64,000 nucleotides of DNA from an uncultured Polaribacter sp. (lineage in GTDB: Bacteria; Bacteroidota; Bacteroidia; Flavobacteriales; Flavobacteriaceae): the NCBI GenBank assembly GCA_964275545.1, contig CAXYCO010000010.1:13968-77967 (forward strand). The letters are read 5' to 3'. Below the pieces are notes generated by a model, which was not told where the DNA came from, did no database searches, and saw only the letters and a program-made list of their open reading frames with translations. Positions within the stretch are counted from its first letter, which is position 1. Each line of letters starts with the position of its first letter. The position numbers and the translations under genes were made by a program. Positions 10,412 through 19,766 of this stretch are shown here, one piece after another.

Positions 10412-11053
10412 TTGAAAGACACAGCAAAACACCAAGGACTTAGAAATCAGTTAGCTAATGTGTTAAAAGCAAAAGGGATTTTAGACGAAAATGTATTGAA
10501 TGCTGTCCGTAAAATTCCTCGCCATTTGTTTATGGATTCTAGTTTCGAATCTCATGCCTATCAAGACAAAGCATTTCCGATAGCAGCAGAACAAACCATC
10601 TCTCAACCCTATACTGTTGCATTTCAATCGCAAACATTAGCTTTAAAAGCTGGAGAAAAAGTTTTGGAAATTGGAACAGGTTCTGGGTATCAAACTGCAG
10701 TTTTATTAGAGTTAAAAGCAGAAGTTTATTCTATTGAAAGACAACACGAGCTTTTTAAAAAAACATCTTTATTCTTACCTAAGTTAGGATATAGACCTAA
10801 GAAATTTATTTTTGGAGATGGGTACATAGGATTAAAAGAGCAAGCTCCTTTTGATAAAATAATTGTTACAGCGGGTGCACCTTATGTTCCAAAACCTTTG
10901 CTATCTCAGTTAAAAGTAGGAGGGAAGTTGTTAATTCCTGTGGGAGATAAAACTCAAATAATGACTTTGTTTATTAGAAAATCTGTTAAAGAATTTGAAA
11001 AACACGAATTAGGTGACTTTGCTTTTGTACCCATGTTAGAGGAAAAGAATTAG
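10412..11053 (+). CDS. pcm: Protein-L-isoaspartate(D-aspartate) O-methyltransferase
   Basis: QTISQP, VLEIGTGSGYQTA, APFDKIIVTAG; TTG start. Confidence 0.95.
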   Translation: MKDTAKHQGLRNQLANVLKAKGILDENVLNAVRKIPRHLFMDSSFESHAYQDKAFPIAAEQTISQPYTVAFQSQTLALKAGEKVLEIGTGSGYQTAVLLELKAEVYSIERQHELFKKTSLFLPKLGYRPKKFIFGDGYIGLKEQAPFDKIIVTAGAPYVPKPLLSQLKVGGKLLIPVGDKTQIMTLFIRKSVKEFEKHELGDFAFVPMLEEKN

Positions 11054-11153
11054 AAATTAGCTTCAGATTTTAAAATTGAAAACTGATACCAAGGATATTT
11101 TCTGAAGAATAAAGAAAATTTATCGAGATTTTTTTTTTATTAATTGTTAATCG

Positions 11154-11597
11154 CTATTCCGATCTTTCCATATATTCAGTTTTACCAAATAATGATATTC
11201 CAATATATCCTCTTAATTTAAGCTTATTAGCATTTACAAGTTTTATGTAACATTGGTATATTTTTCCGTTTCTTGGATCTAAAATAGTTCCACCAGACCA
11301 CTCATCATCATCTTTTTCTAAACCAGTAAGTATATCCATGCCTAAAACTGGTTTGTTTTTTTTCTTACCTTTACAATAATTGCAAAGTGCTGCTCTTTTT
11401 GTTTCATCTTTAATTTCTATTATTTTAGCATATGCTTTTCCATCTTTTTCATAGACTTCAATCACAGAATCTACAGTTCTAGTTTCTGGATCTAAAGATT
11501 CCCATTTACCAAAAATATTTTGAGAACTTATTGAGAATGTTACTAATAGAATTAGTAAAATGACAAGAGTATTTTTTTTATTAATCATATTTAGCAC
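11154..11597 (-). CDS. DUF2147 domain secreted protein
   Basis: Signal peptide, GKW, CxxC, WSGGTILDPRNGKIY, LRGYIGISLFGKT. Confidence 0.85.
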   Translation of the reverse strand: MLNMINKKNTLVILLILLVTFSISSQNIFGKWESLDPETRTVDSVIEVYEKDGKAYAKIIEIKDETKRAALCNYCKGKKKNKPVLGMDILTGLEKDDDEWSGGTILDPRNGKIYQCYIKLVNANKLKLRGYIGISLFGKTEYMERSE

Positions 11598-12108
11598 TAA
11601 AATTAGTATTCCATTTTCCTTGTACTTTCAAAACTTGTTCTATAACATCTCTAACACAGCCTTCTCCTCCTTTTATATTAGAAATGTATTTTGCCGTTTC
11701 TTGTACTTCAGCCACTGCATCGTTCGGGCAAGATGCTAGACCTACTTTTTGCATGACAGGAATATCTGGAATATCATCTCCCATGTAGAGTATGTTTTCG
11801 TGATTTAAATTATATTTTTTTAAAATTTCAGTATACTGATTTATCTTATTGTGTGCTCCTAAATAAATATCTTCAATCCCTAAAGCAGCCAATCTACTTT
11901 TTACTGCTTTATTGGTTCCTCCAGAAATAATACAAACCTTAAAACCTTTGTTTAAAGCAGTTTTCATAGCATACCCATCCTTCACGTTCATGTGTCTTAC
12001 TAATTCACCGTCAGGCATAATTGTTAACATTCCGTTGGTTAGTACACCATCAACATCAAAAATAAATGTTGTGATCTTTGATAATAATTGCTTGTAGCTA
12101 ATCTCCAT
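11581..12108 (-). CDS. kdsC: 3-deoxy-D-manno-octulosonate 8-phosphate phosphatase (KdsC/YrbI family HAD)
   Basis: FDVDGVLTNG, NVKDG, YMGDDIPD, GGEGCVRDVIE. Confidence 0.88.
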   Translation of the reverse strand: MEISYKQLLSKITTFIFDVDGVLTNGMLTIMPDGELVRHMNVKDGYAMKTALNKGFKVCIISGGTNKAVKSRLAALGIEDIYLGAHNKINQYTEILKKYNLNHENILYMGDDIPDIPVMQKVGLASCPNDAVAEVQETAKYISNIKGGEGCVRDVIEQVLKVQGKWNTNFSAKYD

Positions 12109-12793
12109 TTTGAATTGATTTTGTAATGATTGTATAGATTTCTTTTTGTTTGTTATTGAGTAAATCTAGGTGATTTTTTATGGTTTTTTTATCATTTCTA
12201 ATTGCGGGTCCTGTTTGTGCTTTTTCCGGTAATAATGTTTTCACTTTTACAGCAGTTTCTTCAATTAATGGCTGTAAAATTTCAAATGGCACCTGGTGTT
12301 CAATGCAAATGTCATTTCCCATTTTATACATATGATTGGTAAAGTTATTTACAAAAACAGCAGCAACATGTATGGCTTTTCGTTGTTTGGAATCTATCTG
12401 ATATACATTATTTCCTATAGATTTTGCTAACTTTTCTAAAAATAGATATTTTTCATTATTTTCAGCTTCCAAACAAAAAGGAACTTCAGAGAAATCCACT
12501 TCCTTGTTTTTAGAAAATGTTTGCAACATGTAAAAAACACCTCTATCAGTTTTATTTTTTAATGAGTTCATAGAAACACTTCCAGAAGTATGAACTACAA
12601 AAGAATTCTTCACTTTTGATGAAACTTCCGCAATTGCATCATCTGAAACTGCAATAATAGTTACATCGGCAGTAGGAACGTTCTCAAGGTCTCTAGAATT
12701 GATTTGGTTAACCCTAATACCATCAGCATTTAAAAACGCTTTGTACAAATGTATTCCTACATTTCCTTTACCAATTATAACTACTGAAATCAT
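12098..12793 (-). CDS. Rossmann-like + DUF2520 protein (PanG-like putative ketopantoate reductase)
   Basis: IIGKGNVG, AVSDDAI, HTSGS, QTGPAIRND. Start moved to 12793 because a -7-like promoter box (TATCTTCG) lies 5 nt upstream. Confidence 0.8.
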   Translation of the reverse strand: MISVVIIGKGNVGIHLYKAFLNADGIRVNQINSRDLENVPTADVTIIAVSDDAIAEVSSKVKNSFVVHTSGSVSMNSLKNKTDRGVFYMLQTFSKNKEVDFSEVPFCLEAENNEKYLFLEKLAKSIGNNVYQIDSKQRKAIHVAAVFVNNFTNHMYKMGNDICIEHQVPFEILQPLIEETAVKVKTLLPEKAQTGPAIRNDKKTIKNHLDLLNNKQKEIYTIITKSIQNGD

Positions 12794-12867
12794 CAAGGCG
12801 AAGATATTCAAAATTTATAGAAATTTAGAATTGCTTTTACTAAATTAGCTGATGAAAATTATATTTA

Positions 12868-14025
12868 ATGATTGATAATAAAAAATTAGGAATAAATACC
12901 ATCTGTACCCACGTAGGCGAAGTAAAAGATGAGCAATTTAAAGGGGCTATTTCTCCCATTTACATGGCCACATCCTATGCTTTTGATGGCGTAGATGTAA
13001 AACGATACCCACGTTATTTAAACACACCAAACCAAGAAGCTCTTGTAAAAAAAATAGCAGCTTTAGAAAAGACTGAAAATGCCTTAATTTTTGGTTCTGG
13101 TATGGCTGCTGTTAGTACAACTTTATTGGCTTTTTTAAACAAAGGAGACCATATTGTTTTACAACAAACTCTGTATGGAGGAACCTATAACTTGGTGGTT
13201 GAAGAGTTTGATAAATTCGGAATTGAATATTCATTTACGGAAGGATTATCTATGCAAGATTTTGAAAGTAAAATTCAGCAAAACACGAAAGTAATTTATA
13301 TAGAAACCCCTTCAAATCCTTTATTGACAATTACAGATATGAAAGCAGTTTCTAAATTAGCAAAAGCGAAAGGAGTGGTAACCATGATAGACAATACCTT
13401 TGCATCGCCTATTAATCAAACCCCCATAGATTTTGGAATAGATATTGTAATTCATTCTGCCACAAAATACATGGGAGGTCATTCAGATATTTTGGCTGGA
13501 GCAGTAGCCGCTTCTGATGAGCATATTGATAAAATTTGGAATGTTGCCAAAAATCTTGGAGGAAGTTTAAGCGATTTTACAGTTTGGATGTTAGAGCGAA
13601 GTTTAAAAACCTTGAATCTACGTGTAAAACGTCAAAGTAAAAATGCGTTGAAAATGGCAAAATACTTGGTTAAAAATGAAAATATTGAAACCGTGTATTA
13701 CCCGGGTTTAAAAACACATTTAGATCATGCATTAGCAAAAAAACAAATGAAATTTTTTGGTGGAATGATGTCTTTCGAATTAAAAGAAGGAATTGATGCG
13801 ATGGATTTTCAAAATAATTTACAACTGATAAAATCTTCCATGAGCCTTGCAGGTGTAGAAAGTACGATGTTAAATCCTACAAAAACTTCGCATGCACTAT
13901 TATCTTCGGAAGAAAGAGAAAACCAAGGAATTAAAGATGGATTGATTCGTTTTTCAGTGGGTATTGAAGAAACAAAAGATTTAATTGCAGATATAGAACA
14001 AGCATTACAAAAAGTAAAACAATGA
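12868..14025 (+). CDS. PLP-dependent trans-sulfuration enzyme (cystathionine gamma-synthase/beta-lyase family)
   Basis: FGSGMAA, ETPSNP, DNTFASP, HSATKYMGGHSD (PLP lysine). Confidence 0.92.
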   Translation: MIDNKKLGINTICTHVGEVKDEQFKGAISPIYMATSYAFDGVDVKRYPRYLNTPNQEALVKKIAALEKTENALIFGSGMAAVSTTLLAFLNKGDHIVLQQTLYGGTYNLVVEEFDKFGIEYSFTEGLSMQDFESKIQQNTKVIYIETPSNPLLTITDMKAVSKLAKAKGVVTMIDNTFASPINQTPIDFGIDIVIHSATKYMGGHSDILAGAVAASDEHIDKIWNVAKNLGGSLSDFTVWMLERSLKTLNLRVKRQSKNALKMAKYLVKNENIETVYYPGLKTHLDHALAKKQMKFFGGMMSFELKEGIDAMDFQNNLQLIKSSMSLAGVESTMLNPTKTSHALLSSEERENQGIKDGLIRFSVGIEETKDLIADIEQALQKVKQ

Positions 14026-14738
14026 AACTAGACATATTAGCTTTTGGCGCGCATCCAGATGATATAGAATTAAGTTGTGGAGGCACCATTGCCAAAGAAG
14101 TTTCCTTAGGGAAAAAAGTAGGAATTGTAGACTTAACACGTGGCGAATTAGGAACACGGGGTTCTGCAGCATTAAGAGACAAAGAAGCTGCAAACGCCTC
14201 AAAGATATTGGGTGTTTCTGTTCGGGAAAATTTGGGTTTTGCAGATGGATTTTTTATCAATGATAAAAAGCATCAAATCGAAATCATCAAAATGTTACGT
14301 AAATATCAACCAGAAATTGTGTTGTGTAATGCACTTGATGATAGGCATATAGACCACCCAAAAGGGAGTAATTTGGTTTCTGATGCATGTTTTTTAAGTG
14401 GATTGATTAAAATTGAAACGTCTCTAGAAGATAAGCAACAAGAAAAATGGAGACCAAAATTAGTATATCATTACATTCAATGGAAAAGTATAGAACCCGA
14501 TTTTGTAGTTGATGTATCGGGTTTTATTGATAAAAAAAACGAAGCTGTATTAGCGTATTCCTCACAGTTTTACGATCCCAATAGCAATGAACCAGAATCG
14601 CCAATAACAAGTAAGAATTTTATTGATAGTGTAAACTATAGAGCAAGAGATTTAGGAAGATTGATTGGGGTTGATTATGCAGAAGGTTTTAATACAGAAC
14701 GATACGTAGCTATAGAAAGTTTAGATAAATTAATTTGA
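14022..14738 (+). CDS. bshB1: Bacillithiol biosynthesis deacetylase BshB1 (PIG-L family)
   Basis: AFGAHPDDIELSCGGT, DLTRGELGTRG, RHIDH, final YAEGF. Confidence 0.9.
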   Translation: MKLDILAFGAHPDDIELSCGGTIAKEVSLGKKVGIVDLTRGELGTRGSAALRDKEAANASKILGVSVRENLGFADGFFINDKKHQIEIIKMLRKYQPEIVLCNALDDRHIDHPKGSNLVSDACFLSGLIKIETSLEDKQQEKWRPKLVYHYIQWKSIEPDFVVDVSGFIDKKNEAVLAYSSQFYDPNSNEPESPITSKNFIDSVNYRARDLGRLIGVDYAEGFNTERYVAIESLDKLI

Positions 14739-14747
14739 TTTTTTCTT

Positions 14748-14777
14748 TTTGTAAAAACTAAAAAACAGTTATATTTG
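14748..14777 (+). promoter_or_regulatory. Bacteroidota primary-sigma promoter of tRNA-His
   Basis: TTTG (-33) at 14748 and TATATTTG (-7, TAnnTTTG) at 14770-14777. Confidence 0.75.
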
Positions 14778-14792
14778 CACCCGAAATTATAT

Positions 14793-14867
14793 GGTGGTTG
14801 TAGCTCAGTTGGTTAGAGTATCGGTTTGTGGTACCGAGTGTCGCGGGTTCGAGTCCCGTCTTCCACC
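14793..14867 (+). tRNA. tRNA-His(GUG)
   Basis: Cloverleaf with D arm AGCTCAGTTGGTTAGAGT, anticodon stem TCGGT/ACCGA and GTG at 14828-14830, T loop TTCGAGT; G-1 pairs with C73. Confidence 0.95.
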
Positions 14868-14873
14868 CAAAAC

Positions 14874-14905
14874 AAAATCCTTCTCATTATGAGAAGGATT
14901 TTTTT
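14874..14905. terminator. Intrinsic terminator after tRNA-His, probably bidirectional
   Basis: AAAATCCTTCTCA-TTA-TGAGAAGGATTTT followed by T run. Confidence 0.85.
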
Positions 14906-14951
14906 GTAGTAATCTATTAGACAGATTTGAATGCTCTAAGGGCGGTAACAA

Positions 14952-15701
14952 TTAAAAAGAATTCAAAATTTTTAAAATTTCTTGTCGTTTTCTTACAGAA
15001 ACAGGAATGTTAGATTCATCTGTTAGTATCAAGTAGCCACCATCTGACTTTATAAATTCTTTAATATATTTTATATTGATTAAATGACTTTGGTGAACTC
15101 TTAAAAAACCAACTTCTTTCAGCATATCTGCATAGTATTTTAAAGTTTTAGAAACTAATATTTTTGATGCATCACTAAAATAAAAAGTGGTGTAATTATT
15201 ATCTGATTTACAATGAATTATATCTTCAATATTCACAACAATAATCTTATCTGATGTATGTAAAGAAATTTTATTTGGCATCTTATTAGGTGATGATACT
15301 ACTTCTTGTAAAATACTTATTTGTTCTTGATCTGGTTGTATTTGATGTTGTGCTTTTTCAATGGCATTTGCCAAACCTTCCTCTGAATATGGTTTTAAAA
15401 TATAATCGATTGCTGCAAATTTAAAAGCTTTAATTGCATATGCATCGCTTGCAGTAACAAAGATTATTTTAGAGTTTAAATCAGGAAAAATTTCCAACAC
15501 ATCAAAACCAGTTCCATCCCCTAACATAATATCTAAAAATAAAATATCTGGTGTATTATTGCGCAATAGTTTTGCCGCTTCAACAACTGATTTTGCAGCA
15601 CCAATAATTTCAATTTCTTTGTGATTGTTAGAAATATCATTTGTTAACATTTCTATTGCTATGGGCATATCATCAACTAAAATAGCAGTTACTCTTTTCA
15701 T
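14952..15701 (-). CDS. LytTR/AlgR-family response regulator
   Basis: Receiver domain (LVDD, FLDIML, DYILKP) and LytTR domain (FLRVHQSHLIN, IPVSVRK). Confidence 0.95.
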   Translation of the reverse strand: MKRVTAILVDDMPIAIEMLTNDISNNHKEIEIIGAAKSVVEAAKLLRNNTPDILFLDIMLGDGTGFDVLEIFPDLNSKIIFVTASDAYAIKAFKFAAIDYILKPYSEEGLANAIEKAQHQIQPDQEQISILQEVVSSPNKMPNKISLHTSDKIIVVNIEDIIHCKSDNNYTTFYFSDASKILVSKTLKYYADMLKEVGFLRVHQSHLINIKYIKEFIKSDGGYLILTDESNIPVSVRKRQEILKILNSF

Positions 15702-15702
15702 A

Positions 15703-16548
15703 TTATATTTTTTCGGCTAATTGAAAAATTGTAATCTCTGGTCTAACATTAAATCTAACTTGCCAAAGGTTTCCTAATGCTCTATTAATGTAAAGTGTTC
15801 TTCCGTCATATAAATCAATTTCACCAGCGGTATAGTTCTTATTTTTTACAGGTACTATTAGGGGATTTAAAAAAGGAGGTTTTACTTGACCTCCATGAGT
15901 ATGTCCAGCTAAAATCCAACCTTTATAATTACTCCAAACATTTAGATCACAAACATCTGGGTTGTGGCATAACACAAGATTAGCTAGCTCTGGATTGTGC
16001 TTAGATAGGATATCTTTTGGATTAAATTTCAAACCCCAATAATCATCTAAGCCAATAATGTGTAAACCATTAATTTCAGTTACTTCATTACTTAAAATGC
16101 GAACACCAGAATTTTCTAAAATTAAAGTAATATCATCTGCAACCTTTTGTTGCTGCCAATTTTCACCATAATCATGATTTCCTAAAATACCAACAGTACC
16201 CAATCTACCATTTACAGCATGTGAAAACACTTCCTTTAATTGATTTAGCTGTTCTTCGTTTTCGTAAGAAACATAATCTCCAGTATACACCACATAATCA
16301 GGATTTAACAATTGCGCTTTTTTAAACGAATCAATAATGTATTGATAATCAAATTTATTTCCTACATGAACATCACTAATTTGCATTAGAGTTTTACCTA
16401 TTAGAGCTTTGGGTAGATTTTTTATGTGCATTTTCTTCTGAACAAACTCTAACCAAAAAGGTTCTATTTGCCAGGAATACATACCTGTAAATACGCCAAG
16501 ACCAACAGATCCTAAAATTGTATTTTTTACAAATTGTCTTCTTTTCAT
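15703..16548 (-). CDS. Tat-exported calcineurin-like metallophosphoesterase (YkuE-like)
   Basis: MKRRQFVK twin-arginine signal; SDVH, TGDYV, GNHDY, LCHNPD, GHTHGGQ. Confidence 0.9.
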   Translation of the reverse strand: MKRRQFVKNTILGSVGLGVFTGMYSWQIEPFWLEFVQKKMHIKNLPKALIGKTLMQISDVHVGNKFDYQYIIDSFKKAQLLNPDYVVYTGDYVSYENEEQLNQLKEVFSHAVNGRLGTVGILGNHDYGENWQQQKVADDITLILENSGVRILSNEVTEINGLHIIGLDDYWGLKFNPKDILSKHNPELANLVLCHNPDVCDLNVWSNYKGWILAGHTHGGQVKPPFLNPLIVPVKNKNYTAGEIDLYDGRTLYINRALGNLWQVRFNVRPEITIFQLAEKI

Positions 16549-16553
16549 ATTTT

Positions 16554-18602
16554 TTAATAATCTGTTTTTAAAGGTATTTTAAACCAAACTTTAGTTCCTA
16601 AAATTGCATTGTCAATTTTAATTTCATCAATAGAAAATGAGTTTTTATTTGATAGGTTTATAATTCGTTCTTTAGTAATTGTTAAAGCCACAGATGCATG
16701 CTCTTTGTCTTTGTTATTATCTTTGGAGTGATGAAAACCTATTCCATTGTCTATAATGGAGCATTCTAAAAATTGATGGTCGATATTAAATTCAACTATT
16801 ATTTTTCCTTCAACAGAATTTGCTTGAATTCCGTGTTCAATAGCATTTTCTAAAAAAGGTTGCAGTAACATTGGCGGAATTAAAATTTCTTCTGTATCTG
16901 TATTGTTAAGGTTTTTTTCTATAGAATATATAAAAGACTTTGAACTCATTCTTTGTTCTAGATCTAAGTAATTTTTTAAACTTTCAATTTCTTCTTGTAA
17001 AGAAATTTCTTCTAGACGTGAGTTGTTTAAAACACTTCTTAAAAGAACAGAGAATTGAGAAATAGTTTTGTTTAATTCTGATGTTTTACCATTATTTCCT
17101 AGGGCTTTAATTCCGTTTAAAACATTAAATATAAAATGAGGATTCATTTGTAACTGTAGGGCTTTTTGCTCTAAACCCTTTAAGTGTTTTTCTCGTTTTA
17201 ACTCCTCAATTCTTTGTTTATTTTTCTTCTTAATATTTCTAATATAAAATTCTACAAATACACTTAAAATTAAGAGAATAAAACTAAAAGAACCAATTAA
17301 GAACCAGGTTTTTTTAAAGACATGAATGTCAATATAAAAAGAGAAATTTTTTAAATTACTTTCCAATAAATGATTGTTTCTAGATTGTACACTAAACGTG
17401 TAAGTACCCGCTTCTAAATTCCCAAAATTAATAGAGTTTTTAGAGCTCCAAGGAGAAAATTCATCTGCAATCCTATAGCGATATTGTATGTTGTTTGGAG
17501 CCTCTAAATCCACGGTTTTAAATGATATAGAAATATTATTTTGTGCTGGTTTCAACTCAAGTTTTTTGCTATAATTATTAATGTCTATTGAATCGATGTT
17601 TTGATAATTGATAGCAATATTTTCTAAATATATTTTAGGTTGTATTTTCTTAGAATTACGTGTTTCTTTTTTTAGTTTATACATTCCTTTATTAGAAGTT
17701 CCAATCCAAATATTATCTTTATTGTCTTTAAAAACAGTATGTATATTATTTGTTTCTAAGGTGTTGTATTTGTTTATTTTTCGTTGAAAAAAATAGTTGC
17801 TTCCATTGTATATCTCGATTCCATTTCCTAATGATGCAAGCCAAATTTCAGTATTAATGATAGCAATATTTTTGCTATTATCAGTGGTATGTATTGTCGA
17901 AGAAATAGTATCATTTTCAATAACTTTCATTCCGTCTTTGGAAGTAGCTGCAAGAATTTTTTTATTGTGGACTAGGAGTGAAGTAATGGTACCCTCAATA
18001 ATCTTTTTACTATTGTTTCCTTTTTTTATCGAATTTAACTTCCACAACCCTTTGTTTGATGCAATATATATTGATTCCTTATCAACAATAAGATCATAAA
18101 TAATAGAGAAATCTATTATTGAATTTATTTTTAAAGGCTGTAAATAATCCTTCTTTACTTCATAAATGCCTTCTGTTGTACCCAGAATAATTGTGTCATT
18201 AATAGCAATAATTTTAATAATGTTTTCTTTTCCAAAACAAGTGATTTCTGAGTTTTCTTTCACACATAAACCTTTTTCACTTCCAATATAAAGTTTATTG
18301 TTTTTAAAAAATAATGTATTTACTTTAGACGCATTTTGGGTATCAAAACGTTTAAATTCATTTCCATCAAATCGAACCAACCCTTTATTAGATGCAAGCC
18401 ATAAGTAACCAATTTCATCTTGTAAAATATCGTTTATAGAAAGACTTAATAAGCCTTCATTCACTGAGAAATTCTCTAAACTAATTTGTTGCCCATATAG
18501 ATTCGTTGTAAAATATGATAAAAAGAAAATTGCCGTGAGACTTTTACCTATTCTGCATAAAGAATAATAACGATTACTATTTTTTTTAGTGAAAAATTTC
18601 AT
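16554..18602 (-). CDS. LytS-type sensor histidine kinase with periplasmic beta-propeller and Y_Y_Y domain
   Basis: Propeller repeats (ILQDEIGYLWLAS, DNKDNIWIGT), Y_Y_Y (YRYRI...GTYTFSVQS), TM, QMNPHFIFNVLN, LLQPFLENAIEHG, DNGIG. Start moved to 18602 because the longer ORF overlaps a terminator and promoter. Confidence 0.92.
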   Translation of the reverse strand: MKFFTKKNSNRYYSLCRIGKSLTAIFFLSYFTTNLYGQQISLENFSVNEGLLSLSINDILQDEIGYLWLASNKGLVRFDGNEFKRFDTQNASKVNTLFFKNNKLYIGSEKGLCVKENSEITCFGKENIIKIIAINDTIILGTTEGIYEVKKDYLQPLKINSIIDFSIIYDLIVDKESIYIASNKGLWKLNSIKKGNNSKKIIEGTITSLLVHNKKILAATSKDGMKVIENDTISSTIHTTDNSKNIAIINTEIWLASLGNGIEIYNGSNYFFQRKINKYNTLETNNIHTVFKDNKDNIWIGTSNKGMYKLKKETRNSKKIQPKIYLENIAINYQNIDSIDINNYSKKLELKPAQNNISISFKTVDLEAPNNIQYRYRIADEFSPWSSKNSINFGNLEAGTYTFSVQSRNNHLLESNLKNFSFYIDIHVFKKTWFLIGSFSFILLILSVFVEFYIRNIKKKNKQRIEELKREKHLKGLEQKALQLQMNPHFIFNVLNGIKALGNNGKTSELNKTISQFSVLLRSVLNNSRLEEISLQEEIESLKNYLDLEQRMSSKSFIYSIEKNLNNTDTEEILIPPMLLQPFLENAIEHGIQANSVEGKIIVEFNIDHQFLECSIIDNGIGFHHSKDNNKDKEHASVALTITKERIINLSNKNSFSIDEIKIDNAILGTKVWFKIPLKTDY

Positions 18603-18607
18603 TTTAA

Positions 18608-18615
18608 CAAACTTA
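18608..18615 (-). promoter_or_regulatory. -7 promoter box for the kinase-phosphoesterase-regulator operon
   Basis: TAAGTTTG on the minus strand, 5 nt before the ATG at 18602. Confidence 0.65.
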
Positions 18616-18619
18616 CAGG

Positions 18620-18654
18620 AAAAAAGTAACTGCCCAAACCAAACAGTTACTTTT
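18620..18654 (-). terminator. Intrinsic terminator after the lipoprotein gene
   Basis: Minus strand AAAAGTAACTG-TTTGGTTTGGG-CAGTTACTTTTTT, an 11-bp perfect stem ending in a U run. Confidence 0.8.
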
Positions 18655-18677
18655 CTAATTATCAAATTCTATTCCAC

Positions 18678-19766
18678 TTATTTTATAGCATACAAGCGTT
18701 TATTATTTGTATCAGGTTCTATGTGCTTTAAGTCACCATAAGGTTTAATTAAAGGCTTTAAAACACATAATACAGTTGTTTTTCCTTTTAAAATTAGCAG
18801 ACTGTTTTTTACTTTCCATTGCCATCTAAATTTATCAACAGGAATTTTTAATTTTTCTAATTCTACAACTAAATCTTCCTGTTGGTCTATCCAATCCATT
18901 ACTTCCTCTTGACTAGTAAAATTTGGTCGCGCCTCATCTGTATTATGGTAATCAAAGGTCCATTCTATAGGGATGTTAAATTGAGTTGTATATGCCTCGC
19001 CAATGTATCGCTCTTCGTAATTTTTAAGGGCTTTAAACCAATCGATTTCTCTTTCTTCTGAATATTTCTTCTTGATTTCTTTTGATAAATCCATTTTTCC
19101 CGGCGAATTCGCAGTCGGATAACAAATATAAAAGGGTTCTGCTAAATAATGATTTGAAAACTTTCCTCCAAAAACAGTAGCATATGAAGAGGCAATTACA
19201 TTGGGTACTTCTTCTGCTACAAAAGCATCTTTAAGTGTTTTCATTAACTCCATATTTTGACCAATTCCGTAAGAATGAAAAATAATTTTAGAATTGCTTG
19301 TCACCACATTTTCTAGGGTTGGTAGGGTACCTTGTGTAATATTTTTACGCAAGGTTTCTGTGGTAATTTTTTCACCTTGTACAACAGTTTCTAAATTCAT
19401 TCCTTTATAAGGATTGCTGATGTTTACAATATGAACTTCTCCATAAGGATTCTTAGTTGCGTTCGCATTCATCCAATGAATAATTTCTTCTATAGAATAT
19501 TGATCTTCAATAATTTGATATCCTTTTTCAGTAAAGTAATTTCTTGCATTCCTATAAAATTGACTATTTCCTTTGTCAAGTCCTGTAATAAACACGATGG
19601 GTTTTCGTGCTTTTAATAGTAAAGGAGCTTCCTCTTCTATCACATCATTAACAATTACAGTTTCGCTTTTAATTGCAGTTTCTGACTTTTGGTCACAACT
19701 TGCAAACTGACCGATAAGTAATAGCAATCCCATTGCCATTCCTACATTTTTGATTGTTTTTTTCAT
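18678..19766 (-). CDS. Uncharacterised lipoprotein, possibly degenerate caspase/CHAT/DUF4347-like alpha/beta fold
   Basis: Lipobox FAS-C followed by DQKSE; strand motifs GEVHIVNISN and KIIFHSYGIG. Confidence 0.7.
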   Translation of the reverse strand: MKKTIKNVGMAMGLLLLIGQFASCDQKSETAIKSETVIVNDVIEEEAPLLLKARKPIVFITGLDKGNSQFYRNARNYFTEKGYQIIEDQYSIEEIIHWMNANATKNPYGEVHIVNISNPYKGMNLETVVQGEKITTETLRKNITQGTLPTLENVVTSNSKIIFHSYGIGQNMELMKTLKDAFVAEEVPNVIASSYATVFGGKFSNHYLAEPFYICYPTANSPGKMDLSKEIKKKYSEEREIDWFKALKNYEERYIGEAYTTQFNIPIEWTFDYHNTDEARPNFTSQEEVMDWIDQQEDLVVELEKLKIPVDKFRWQWKVKNSLLILKGKTTVLCVLKPLIKPYGDLKHIEPDTNNKRLYAIK

